Positions 52,425 to 64,000 of a DNA stretch of 64,000 nt are shown piece by piece. The DNA is from Octopus bimaculoides. Its lineage: Eukaryota. Positions within the stretch are counted from its first letter, which is position 1. The number at the start of each line of letters is the position of its first letter. The position numbers were made by a program, and so were the translations under genes. Below the pieces are notes generated by a model, which was given only the letters and a program-made list of their open reading frames with translations, ran no database searches and was not told the origin of the DNA. The stretch covers positions 28,843,147 to 28,907,146 of the forward strand of contig NC_068989.1 in the NCBI RefSeq assembly GCF_001194135.2. Direction: 5' to 3'.

Positions 52425-52707
52425 AGAGAGCTCTTACCTCTGCTGGCGACAAAGGGACTCTCACTCAGAGTAAAAGGCAGACTGTATGACGCATGTGTAC
52501 GAACAGCCATGCTACATGGCAGTGAAACATGAGCTGTGACTGCTGAGGACATGCGTAAGCTCGCAAGGAATGAAGCCAGTATGCTCCGCTGGATGTGTAA
52601 TGTAAATGTGCATACCCGTCAGAGTGTAAGTATCTTGAGAGAAAAGCTGAACATAAGAAGCATCAGTAGTGGTGCGCAAGAGAGACGATTGCGCTGGTTT
52701 GGACATG
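52425..52707 (+). mobile_element. RTE LINE RT C-terminal fragment (runs into a gap)
   Basis: RELLPLLATKGLSLRVKGRLYDACV...LRWFGH. Confidence 0.85.
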
Positions 52708-53158
52708 NNNNNNNNNNNNNNNNNNNNNNNNNNNNNNNNNNNNNNNNNNNNNNNNNNNNNNNNNNNNNNNNNNNNNNNNNNNNNNNNNNNNNNNNNNNNN
52801 NNNNNNNNNNNNNNNNNNNNNNNNNNNNNNNNNNNNNNNNNNNNNNNNNNNNNNNNNNNNNNNNNNNNNNNNNNNNNNNNNNNNNNNNNNNNNNNNNNNN
52901 NNNNNNNNNNNNNNNNNNNNNNNNNNNNNNNNNNNNNNNNNNNNNNNNNNNNNNNNNNNNNNNNNNNNNNNNNNNNNNNNNNNNNNNNNNNNNNNNNNNN
53001 NNNNNNNNNNNNNNNNNNNNNNNNNNNNNNNNNNNNNNNNNNNNNNNNNNNNNNNNNNNNNNNNNNNNNNNNNNNNNNNNNNNNNNNNNNNNNNNNNNNN
53101 NNNNNNNNNNNNNNNNNNNNNNNNNNNNNNNNNNNNNNNNNNNNNNNNNNNNNNNNNN

Positions 53159-53193
<35 letters not shown>

Positions 53194-53289
53194 TATATAT
53201 ATATAAGATTTAATGTGGATGATGTATATGAATATTTAAACCTTGCTATGTAGCGATCCTCTGTAATTAACCTGAAGCCCTAGCCCTAT

Positions 53290-54600
53290 ACCCACTTCAC
53301 TTCTCATCTTCTTGGCACATCATCTGGATATTGTAAGGATTAAGGAAATTGTAATTTATTTAATAAACTATCTACCAAACCCTCTGCTAGTGTTTGCACA
53401 AATCTTCTTTTCAGGTGTTAGAAAAGTTCCACAACTCTTATCCTCCCAAGTCCACAATTTCAGGGTTGCCACAATCAATGTTGGCACATTGAAAGAAAGG
53501 ACTAGTGAGATCATTGAAATTCTGGGGCAACAGCATGTAGATGTGTGTGGTGTGCAAGAAGTAAGATGGAGGTGATACTCCATTGGATTCCTCACGAGTA
53601 AGAAATAGAAGTTCAAATTGTGGGTGGTATAGGGATACTTTTGGTGGAAAGTGGGTAGAAAAGGTAATGGAGGTAGTCAGTGTGTGATTGGGTAGTTAAG
53701 CTGAGGCTAAACTTGGATGGATTAACAGTTACATTCGTTTCTGCTTATGCTCCATAGTCTGAGCTGGGTGATGACCAGAAAAAATAATTTTATGAGGTCC
53801 TACTGCAGACTATCTCAATGACAAATAACAGAGACTTCATTATTGTGGCTGATGACTTCAATGGGCATGTTGGGTAGCACTCCCATGGATTCCATGGTGT
53901 GCATGGAGGTTATGGTTTTGACTCGAGAAATGAGGAGGGAACAAGGCTGCTGGAGTTTTGTGGTGCAAATGATCTCATAATCTGCAACACTAACTTTAGA
54001 AAACCAGCCAGGCACTTGACCACCTATCAGTCTAGTGAATACGTAAGCCAGATTGATTACCTCCTCATCAGACGATGAGATGGACAGACGCCTGCAAATG
54101 CAATGTCTTTCTCTGTTGAAGAGTGTACAACCCAACATAGGTTACTAGTTAGTGCCTTCAGAATTAGAGCTAGAAGGGCTCCAAGAAATAAACTAGTTTG
54201 GATAAAAAAAGGTTATGGAAGCTCTAAGACCCAGCAAACTGACAGAAATTTAGAGATATTCTAATGGAAGCTTCGGAGGAGGAATTGGGGACATATAGCT
54301 TAGAGGACAATTGGAAGTTCTTGTGTGACAACCTTCTGAGGGCTCCAGACCAAATCTATGGCTAGTGCAAAGTCCCAGCCAGGCCAAGGGTGACTTGGTG
54401 GTGGAACAAGGAGGTAGACAGTTCTATAAAAGCAATGAGACAGGCATGAAAAGACTGGAAATATGGTGGAAGCAGAGAATTATATTAGGTAACCAGAAGG
54501 GAAGCTTGGTGACAATATTTACATAGCAAAAGGTAAGAAATTTACCAATGTTCTACAGCATGAGTAGGAAAGGCGTGAGGTGTTCAAGATTGAAAAGTAG
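53290..54600 (+). mobile_element. RTE LINE 5' part (endonuclease)
   Basis: RVATINVGTLK, VDVCGVQEVRW, DDFNGHVG, NTNFRKP and QIDY motifs. Confidence 0.85.
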
Positions 54601-54604
54601 TAAT

Positions 54605-55070
54605 CATCATTGTTTAACGTCTGTGTTCCATGCTGGCATGGGTTGGACGGTTTGATTGAGGTCTGGAGAGCCAGCGGCTGCACCAGACTCCAATCTGATC
54701 TGGCAATGTTTCTACAGCTGGATGCCCTTCCTCACGCAAACCACTCTGAGAGTGTAGTGGGTGCTTTTTATGTGCCACCAGCACAGGGGCCAAATAGTTG
54801 GGCTTGGCATCGATAATGTTTGGATAGTGCCTTCTACGTGCTACAGCATGGGGGCCAGTCAGAGGGTACTGGCGTTGGTCACGTTTGGTTGGTGCTTTTT
54901 ACGTGCCAGTCAGGCAGACGTGGCATTGACCACATTCGGATGGTGCTTTTTACGTGCCACCAGCACGGGAGCCAATCAGGGGGCACAACTATGATTTTAG
55001 TTTTACTTGACTCAACAGGTCTTCTCAAGAATATCATATCACACAATGCATCAGGGGTACTCTTAATTGG
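54605..55070 (-). mobile_element. SINE 3' part with tandem array
   Basis: Same family as 51664-52240 and 63050-64000. Confidence 0.7.
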
Positions 55071-57690
55071 GCCGGACATGAGTGGCTGCGATCTCACTTT
55101 AGTTGCCAGGTCTTCTCAATCACAGCATATTTCCAAAGGTCTCAGTCTCATGTCATTGCCTCTGTGAGGCCCAATGTTCAAAGGTCATGCTTCACTACCT
55201 CATCCCATGTCTTTCTGGGTCTACCTCTTCCACAGGTTCCTTCCACAGTTAGGGAGTAGCACTTCCTCGTGCAGCTGTCCTCATCCATACATACACATGA
55301 CCATACCAGCGCAGTCATCCCTCTTACACACCACATTTGATGCTTCTTATGCCCAACTTTTCTCTCAGTGCGCTTACACTCTGTCATGTATGCACACATT
55401 ACGCATCCAGCAGATCATACTAGCTTCATTTCTTTCAAGCCTACGCATGTCCTCAGCAGTCAATGGTCCATATTTCACTGCCATGTTGTATGGTAGTTTG
55501 CATACATGCATTATACAGTCTATCTTTCATCCTGAGCAAGAGGCCCTTAGTTGCCAGCAGCAGTAGGAGCTCCCAGAACTTTGCCCAGCCTATTCTTATT
55601 CTAGCTGCTACACTCTCAGAGCAACCACCCCCACTACAGACTTGGGTGTCTAGGTAGTGGAAGCTGTTTCTCCCCCTAGCATGTGATGGAATCTGTTTTC
55701 TGTACATCTTTGATGTTTATTGCACCCATGCATCTACCACACACAAAAACTATCTTTCCAGTTAACCTTCCTTTAATATTGCTGCATCTTTTGTGTTTCC
55801 ATATCTTACATTGGGTACATCATATGGTGTTTCTAACCATGCCTTTTCTACAGATCGAGCAGGGCCATCTACCTGAAGGGGAGTGTGGTTTGACAGCCTT
55901 CCTACTTACTAAGACTTTGGTTTTTGCTAGGTTGATCCTAAGGCCCTTCGATTCTAGACCTTGCTTCCACACCCTAAACTTTGTCTCTAGTTCTGGCAGT
56001 GACTTGGCTATTAGGGCAAGGTCATCAGCATAGAGGAGCTCCCAACAGCAGCCTGTCTTGAATTGCTTTGTTATTGCCTGAAGGACTATAATGAATAAGA
56101 GGAGGCTGAAGACTAATCCTTGGTAAACCCCTACTTCTACCTGGAATTCTTCACTGTACTTGTTGCCAACCCTCACCTTACTGACAGCATCCCTTTACAG
56201 GTCTTGTACAGCTTTTACCAACCACTCGTCTATCCCCAATTTCTGCATTGACCACCAAGATAATGGTTCAGGGTCCCTGTCAAAGGCTTTCTCCAAGTCA
56301 ACAAAAGCTAAGTACAGAGGTTTATCTTTGGCTAGATATTTCTCTTGCATTACCAGAAATATAGCATCAGCGGTGCTTCTGTCACAAAACCAAACTGCAT
56401 CTTATTTACGCTAACTCTCTCCCTAATTAGTTGGGCTATGACCCTCTCTGTAACTTTAATCACCTGATCCAATAACTTGATACCCCTGTAGTTATTTCTA
56501 TCTAAAACATCACCTTTCCCTTTGTAGCAGTTGACTATGGTGCTGCTACACCAGTCATTGGATATGACTCCTTCATGAACTACCTGATTTATGATGCAAG
56601 TCACAAGACCATAACTCACACCGCCCGATATTTTAAGCATCTCAGCAATAATTCCTGATGGGCCAGATGCTTTTCCTCTCCTCATATCCATAATTGCTTT
56701 ATCTATCAGGGTACTGTCAATTCGGGTTGCTGGTCCCTCAATGAGTTCAACCTTTGGCAGACTCTTCTCCTCCCACTCATTCTCTACATTCAGCAGTCTT
56801 TCATAATAGCATTTCCATGCCTCTTTCTTTGCAGAATCATTAAATGCAAGGGCACCATCATCCATGCGGACACATTTCTCTCCTATGACATCACGGTTTT
56901 CTCTTTGTCTTGCAATCCGAAATACTTGAGTTCTTTGGTCCTCATGTCGCTGATCATTGGGAAGCTTCTTCTGTTCTGCTACTCCCTTGGCTGTATATGC
57001 CTGTCTCCTAGCTTCCCTTTTGGCTATCTGACACATTCTCCTGGTACCCCCACTCTTCCAGGCCTGTTTCTTTGCTCTAATGGCCCTGTCCACAGTATTG
57101 TTCCACCACCATGTTACCCTTCATCTGGAAGGGACTTTGCACCAGCCACAGATTTGGTCTGTGACACTCAGCAAGCTGTCTCACAGGAATTCCCAGCTGC
57201 CTTCTATGTCACAGGACTAGCTTCTCCTCCTTATCATCAAATCTCTTAGTAAGGATATCCTTAAATCTCTGACCATCTGAAGGGTTCTTAAGCCTCCAAG
57301 TCCTTCTTTTCCAGATTGGTGTGCTTTTTGGCATCCTTTTGGCCCCGAGTCTAAAGTCACTAATAACTAGTCTATGCTGGAGGGAGAGGGGAGGGGCGTA
57401 CTTTCTTCACCAGGGAAGGTTTTTGTATTTAAGAGCAACCATACATCCTGCTGTCTGGTGAGAATGAAATCAATCTGGCTAACAGAGTCACCTGATTGAT
57501 AGGTTATCAGGTGACTGGCTGGCTTCCTGAAGTTGGTGTTGCAGATCAATAGGTTATTTGCATTGCAGAACTTCAGGAACCTAGTTCTCTCTTCATTTGT
57601 AGTACCACCTCCATGGCCCCCATGTAAACCATGGAAATACCAGGTTGCTGTCTGACATGCCCATTAAAATCTCCAGCCACAATGAGTGGA
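55060..57690 (-). mobile_element. RTE LINE, large degenerate copy
   Basis: Endonuclease (GDFNGHV, NTNFRKP), KASGPSG, NYRGIKLL, GVYQG, LLYADDL and C-terminal GRPRKTW motifs. Confidence 0.9.
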
Positions 57691-57719
57691 TTTTGTACAT
57701 TGAAACTGAAAGAAGACTG

Positions 57720-58325
57720 TATATATTTGTGTGTGTCTCTGTACCCCACCATCGCTTGACAACCAATGTTGCTGTGTTTATGTCCCCATAACTTAGTGGT
57801 TTGGCAAAAGACACCAGTAGAATAAGTACTAGGCTTACAAAGAATGAATCCTGGGGTTGATTTGTTCTCCAATATGGCCGCAGTCACATGACTGAAACAT
57901 GTTGAACAATAAAAAGCTATCACATTTTTATCCTGATCAACACTGGGTATATCTGCTAGTATATAATATAAAAGTTTCTGTGTGTTTTTATGGTTCAGTC
58001 ACACAGCATGGCACCTTGGGCAAGTGTCTTCTACTATAGCTTTGGGACATGCAAAGTTATCTGAGTGGATTTGGTGAATGAAAACTCAAAGAAGCCTGTT
58101 GTGTGTGTGTTTGTTGTTGTTCCTGTATTTTTCCCCACCCACCTCACTGCTTGATGACTAGTGTTATGTTTTTATGTCCCCATAAGCTAGTGGTTCAGCA
58201 AAAATGGCCAATAAAAATAAGTACCCGGTTTTAAAAAGAAATAAGTACTGGAGTCCATTCATTCAACTAAAAGTTCTTCAAGGTGGTGCCCCAGCATGGC
58301 TGCAATCTAATGCCTGAAACAACTA
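57720..58325. mobile_element. Cluster of SINE/short interspersed repeat fragments
   Basis: Matches to the repeats at 15570, 26484 and 32560-32790, and to the tRNA-head SINE motif CACCTTGGGCAAGTGTCTTCTACTATAG. Confidence 0.6.
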
Positions 58326-58828
58326 AGAGTTAAAAGCTAAATTAATAGTTTTAGCACAATACTCACATGATATTATATCATTTTACTGTTTAAAGATTTG
58401 GAGACAAATTTCTTATTTTTTAGCTAAGATAAAAATCTGAATTTTGGTATATAACATAAAAAAAAAAATATGTCCAAGACTGAGAAACTGATTGCTGTGA
58501 AATGATTGATTGTATGGGGTGGGTGTAAAAGAGAAGAGTGAAAATAGTCAGATATATTGGATTCTGTTTGGTGATTGTTGCAAACAAGTGTTACATAGTT
58601 GATAGATTGCATTAATGAATGCCATATATGAGTCTCTAACTATTAATGAAGTTATAGATGGTGGAAACTAAAGAATTCAAAGATGGTGAATCTGTAGTTT
58701 ATACCCTACAAATAACTGACGTACATTTTATGTTAATATTGATATGATAGGTAAGTAAACCATGAGATTGCTATTTTTAGTTGAATATTTTTTCTTTTGT
58801 CACCAGTTCATGTATATCTCTTTTTCAG

Positions 58829-58932
58829 GGTTCTTTCCATCAAGTTTTCAAGCATGTCCTGCATTCCTACGCCATAAAATGACTTTAATATCACCACATA
58901 TTTTAAAGAAATATTCTATTCCTATGAACAAG
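58829..58932 (+). CDS. KDM4: KDM4 coding exon 4 (Zn-binding C..H and substrate Lys: CPAFLRHK)
   Basis: (G)[42 protein letters not shown] acceptor at 58828, donor AG|GTAATA, phase 1 to 0. Confidence 0.97.
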
Positions 58933-59014
58933 GTAATATTTGAAGTTTATTTACAATTTGTCACTTGATTCATGTTGCTGTATGAATTACTTGATTTGTG
59001 CAGGTTTATTACAT

Positions 59015-59381
59015 ATTCATATTTATGATGATTCTGATTTTTATTAGTATTTTCTCTAAGAAGTTGGGATTAATCAAATTTAAATTCTAGCTGATTCAAA
59101 TCCATGGGTTTTACTCAATGGATAGTACAACACAATACACTATGAATATTGAGTAGTAGTAATATTAGTAGTAGTTTTGTTGCTGTCCTCCTCCTCTGGT
59201 TACCACCGTGGTAGCTGTGAACACTCAATATTCATATTGTCTTCTTTTGTTCTATTCATTGACGAAAATCCATGGAATTTGAATTTGCTTTGCTGCAGCA
59301 GTGAATCCACTATAGAGTTTAAATTTGACCAATACCAACATTTTAGAGAAAATACTAATAAAAATCACAATAAATATGAAT
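59015..59381. repeat. Imperfect inverted repeat (hairpin) with a 68-nt loop
   Basis: 59015-59154 is the reverse complement of 59223-59381 (about 80-85% by eye, with a ~22-nt insertion in the right arm). Confidence 0.8.
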
Positions 59382-59639
59382 GTACTTTTCTTTCTCAGTG
59401 TTATAATAAAATCTGTTGAGATTCTGTTCTGAATATGAGTAAATATTTTGTTGTATCTCAAGAACTTATTTTGCCAATAATAAACACACACACTGGTTCT
59501 ATTTTACTACTTTTATTATTATTTGTCAATTGGTTAATCATTTAATAAATAAATTGATTAATAATAATAATAAAGAAGTGAAATAGAATCATTGATCCTC
59601 CCGATATATGTGGTGGTATCCAAAGGTTCTCAGACTAGT

Positions 59640-60195
59640 TATGTTTAATAAAAAATAACTTACCTAAATTTTAACATCATCTCCTTTGAAATAGTTACCT
59701 TGTGCAGCAATACACTGGTTGCAGCATTCCTGTCACTTTTGGAATCTGGCCTGGAAGTCGTTTTCTGTAAGCAAGTTGAGGGCCTTCTGCAGTTCGCTCT
59801 GGATCTTCACAGGGGTGTTAAAACAGCAACCTTTGAGCTGCATTTTCATTTTGAGGAAGAGATGGCAGTCTGCAGGTGCTAAATCTGGTGAATAGGGTGG
59901 GTATGGAAGTGATATAATGTTGCTTATGGAGAATAACTCATGAGTGAAGAACCTAAGTCTTTGTGCTCCATAAATCCAGTCACTTTCGACAAATGACCTC
60001 CCTCAAACGCTTCAAAACGTCACACTAGAACTTTCAATTGAGAGTCTAGCCCTGGGGGATGAATTCTTGATGCATGATACCACATTTCTTGGGGTGAGGC
60101 TTGTGGCAGGTCTTCCAGATTCTCATCATCCAGGGATGTCCTGCTTTTAAAGTTCCCATGCCACTTGAAACATTGTGTTTTAAGTGGCATGGGAA
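59640..60195 (-). mobile_element. Internally deleted mariner fragment
   Basis: Minus-strand FKWHGNFKSRTSLDDE (HTH region) and PYPPYSPDLAPADCHLFLKMK...GNYFKGD (C-terminus). Confidence 0.8.
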
Positions 60196-60209
60196 ATCAA
60201 AAAGAAAAA

Positions 60210-61090
60210 TTAAACAATATTATTGAAAATAAATGCAGCACTAATCTAATCGAAGTTTTGGTTTAAACTAAAATTTTAAACTTTATACTATTAACTTACT
60301 GTTAAATAGGATATCAGCTAACATTGAATATCAAGTGAATTTATATAGAAATACTTATTTTACCAATAAATGAGAGAAAATCATTTAACAATATTATTGA
60401 AAATAAAAGCAATACTTATCTCAACGAAGCTATAGTTTAAACTAAAATTTTAAACATTATACTAATAACTAAGTCGCATGAAGATATGGTGTAAAGAAAA
60501 AGAATAGAATAAAGAGGTATATAAACATGAATGAAAGTTTTATTTATAAAATCATGAATGAAAATTAAAATGTATATAACTTAAATCATAATAAAACAAT
60601 TAACTATATTGTAAACATTTTATGTAAAATAAGTATTTTTATATAATTTCATTTATTATTAGTTAATATTCTAATTAAGGTTAGGTTAATAGTATAATAT
60701 TTAAAATTTTATTTAAACTAAAGATTCGATTTGATAAGTTTTACATTTCTTTTCAATAATTTTGTTAAATGTTTTTCTTTTATTTATTGGTGATATAATT
60801 ATTTTTATATAATTTAATTTATATAAATTAACTTATATTATAATAAACGTAAAGTTAATAATATAACGTTTATAATTTTAGTTTAACGTAAAAGTTCATT
60901 TAAATTGTATTTTAAATGAAAGATTCGTTAAGATAAGCTTTGCATTTAATATTACTGGTAGTTAATAAATGTAAAGTTAATAATGTCATGTTTATAATTT
61001 TCGATTAGATAAGTATTACATTCATTTTTAATAATATTGCTTAATATTTTTCTATCTTGATATAATAAGTATTTTTATATAAATTCATTT
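60210..61090. repeat. AT-rich tandem units arranged head-to-head (fold-back-like array)
   Basis: A ~175-bp unit is repeated at 60210-60470. Reverse-complement copies lie at 60686-60818 and ~60990-61090. Confidence 0.7.
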
Positions 61091-61978
61091 GTTATTTATT
61101 GTTGGTTGATATATATACATTCATTTTATTATTATTATTGTTGTATTTTGATCTGAAGATTAGCTATATTTTTGAATAGAATTGATTTTCGATCGATTTA
61201 ATCGATTTGATTATATTTTATTTTCTATTTAAAAATTTGGCTATGAAACATGTGTAGTTGTTTTATTATTTTATGATTATTACTTTGTATTTTATTGTAG
61301 TCCCTTTTAGTGTATTTACTTATTGAGTTTTCTATATATGACTGGATTTTCATGGATGAGNNNNNNNNNNNNNNNNNNNNNNNNNNNNNNNNNNNNNNNN
61401 NNNNNNNNNNNNNNNNNNNNNNNNNNNNNNNNNNNNNNNNNNNNNNNNNNNNNNNNNNNNNNNNNNNNNNNNNNNNNNNNNNNNNNNNNNNNNNNNNNNN
61501 NNNNNNNNNNNNNNNNNNNNNNNNNNNNNNNNNNNNNNNNNNNNNNNNNNNNNNNNNNNNNNNNNNNNNNNNNNNNNNNNNNNNNNNNNNNNNNNNNNNN
61601 NNNNNNNNNNNNNNNNNNNNNNNNNNNNNNNNNNNNNNNNNNNNNNNNNNNNNNNNNNNNNNNNNNNNNNNNNNNNNNNNNNNNNNNNNNNNNNNNNNNN
61701 NNNNNNNNNNNNNNNNNNNNNNNNNNNNNNNNNNNNNNNNNNNNNNNNNNNNNNNNNNNNNNNNNNNNNNNNNNNGCACACACACACACACACAACGATA
61801 AGCATATTAAAGGGGGTCCATGGAAAAACTCATTTAAATAAAAGGGTTGGGAACCACTGTTCTATACATTTATATCTGTATGTTGTGTATGCGTATGTAT
61901 GTTTGTTCATTTAGTGTTCTTGTTCCCATGCTAGCAATGGTAGGACAGGATATGCAAGCAGGCTGGCAGCACATGTGT

Positions 61979-62037
<59 letters not shown>

Positions 62038-62100
62038 AGTTTGTATAAATACAGATTCATTGTATTGTTGACTTATTTCTTATTGGTTATTGTTCTTTAG

Positions 62101-62238
62101 ATTACACAAGAAGCTGGGGAGTTTATGATAACTTTTCCATATGGTTACCATTCTGGTTACAATCATGGATTTAACTGTGCTGAATCAACTAACTTTGCAA
62201 CCCCAAGGTGGATAGAATATGGAAAACGATGCTTGCAG
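62101..62238 (+). CDS. KDM4: KDM4 coding exon 5 (third Fe ligand GYH; AESTNFA); gene continues beyond the window
   Basis: [52 protein letters not shown] acceptor at 62100, donor AG|GTAAGA, phase 0 to 0. Confidence 0.98.
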
Positions 62239-63049
62239 GTAAGACTTTATTTTCCGGATGATTTTGAAATATTTGAAAGTAATATCCTACTAGTTATTAT
62301 AGTTTTTTGTCATTCTTTTCTTAAAAAACTTCAACAGAACAAAACTGAAAAGCTTGGATCTTTTTATTTAAAAAATATGAATGATACCCAAAACCTTTTC
62401 AGGCAGCTGAAGTCTGGTTACTGCAGATTGATATTTGTTGGAACCACCATGTGGATAGGGAACTAATTCTTGGAAGAAAGGATTGAGAAAATTCATAAGT
62501 GAAAAATTGGATTGTGTTGATCATTTGCTGTTAAGAAAATTTGTAGCTCAGTTGCTGTTAGATGAGAGGTAATGTGGGCTTGCATGGGATTTAAATTGAG
62601 AATGTAAACAGACTTAGCAAAATACCAGTAGGTATTTTGTCTGACACTTTACAAATTCACCTTCCAGCCACTATATGATCAAGACTAAAACCTAAGTTGC
62701 ACACTTGGTTAACACTGTGGCACTTACCATAGCAAATAAGGTACACAGAAAATGTTAATATTCAGTTAAGCTATCTTAAAACAGAGTAAATATTGAAGTA
62801 TATTAGTGTTCTATGAGGAGACAAAATGTTTAACATTTTCAATGAAGCTCTTCATTGGAACATGCCTGAAACATCTGTTTGTAGTACACCACTACATTGG
62901 AATTTTGCATTTTATTAAATGCCCAACCCACCATTTCCAGAATCATATTAGATTTTTGTAGCATAATTAAATTGTGGATGTTTTAATTCTTAATTGTATA
63001 CCTTTTCCCAATGAATATTAAAATTAGATTTATATAGACTTTAATATAT

Positions 63050-64000
63050 ATCATCATCATTATCATCGTCGTTTAAAGTCCGCTTTCCATGCTAGCATGG
63101 GTTGGACGATTTAACTGAGGACTGGTGAAACCAGATGGCTACACCAGGCTCCAATCTGATTTGGCAGAGTTTCTACAGCTGGATGCCCTTCCTAATACCA
63201 ACCACTCAGAGAGTGTAGTGGGTGCTTTTACTTGTCACCCGCACGAAGGCCAGTCAGGCGGCACTGGCAACGGCCATGCTCAAGATGGTGTATTTTATGT
63301 GCCACCTGCACAAGAGCCAGTCCAGGGGCACTGGCAACGATCTCGCTCAAAAATCCTACGAAGGCCAGTCAGGCGGTACTGGCAACGTCCACGCTCAAAA
63401 TGATGTATTTTATGTGCCACCCGCACAAGAGCCAGACCAGGGGCACTGGCAACGATCTTGCTCGAAAGTCCTTAGATATGCCGCGGGCACAAGTGCCAGA
63501 AAGGTGATGCTAGGCATGGGTGCCATTACAAATTTGCCTTTGCTTGCCCCAAGCTGAGTTTCGTGTCCAATTTAACTCGATTTCGATTTCACTTGCCTCA
63601 ACAGGTCTTCACAAGTGGAGTTTAGTGTCTAATTTAACTCAATTTCGATTTCACTTGCCTCAACAGGTCTTCGCAAGTGGAGTTTAGTGTCCAATGAAGG
63701 AAGGTACGCCTAAGTGGACTGGCTGAGGCCTTAGATTTAGATCTCACTTAGCTTGCTGGATCTACAGCTGGATGCCCTACCTAAACGCTAACCACTCAGA
63801 GAGTGTAGTGGGTGCTTTTACATGCCATCGGCATGAAGGCCAGTCAGGTGGTACTGGCAACGGCCATGCTCAAGATGGTGTATTTTATGTGCCACCTGCA
63901 CAAGAGCCAGTCCAGGGGCACTGGCAACGATCTCGCTCGAAAATCCTACGAAGGCCAGTCAGGCGGTACTGGCAATGGCCACGCTCAAAATGGTGTATTT
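63050..64000 (-). mobile_element. Two tandem SINE 3' portions with internal tandem arrays
   Basis: CTACAGCTGGATGCCC..CCTAA...CCACTCAGAGAGTGTAGTGGGTGCTTTTAC blocks start near 63172 and 63762. There is also a 59-bp duplication at 63570-63690. Confidence 0.75.

Noticed and set aside
58770-58932. Partial complementarity between exon 4 and its upstream intron (GAATATTT..CTTT versus AAAGAAATATTC)
   Set aside because: Short, AT-only and not colinear with the second matching block; insufficient for an editing-complementary sequence.
1-64000. tRNA genes, intact rRNA genes, CRISPR arrays, prokaryotic operons
   Set aside because: None seen. The tRNA-like and 5S-like pieces are degenerate SINE heads or pseudogene fragments.

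Overview
AT-rich, repeat-dense animal genomic scaffold with six N-gaps. The interspersed repeats resemble those I recall from octopus assemblies, so the taxon call is inference. One protein-coding gene is supported: a KDM4/JMJD2-family JmjN-JmjC histone demethylase on the + strand. It has five spliced, in-frame coding exons (33237-33368, 40592-40767, 45213-45571, 58829-58932, 62101-62238; 303 codons) and continues beyond the window. A candidate promoter/5'UTR exon lies near 21.9 kb. The rest is mostly decayed transposons: hAT, pogo, maT/DD37D, mariner, a Chapaev3-like element, Helitrons, two Gypsy elements, a solo LTR, RTE and CR1-like LINEs, a Penelope-like remnant, tRNA-SINEs, a 5S-derived fragment and microsatellites. 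The most notable observations are: (1) a Gypsy element with no tRNA primer site whose PBS position is complementary to its own LTR (possible Tf1-like self-priming); (2) a near-perfect 105-bp-arm palindrome whose only mismatches are G-U compatible in the sense strand; (3) a candidate poison exon plus a downstream hairpin flanking the JmjC exon at 58.8 kb; (4) an out-of-frame overlapping uORF controlled by tandem acceptors; and (5) repeated fold-back/template-switch junctions across the locus. All alignments and percent identities were done by eye.
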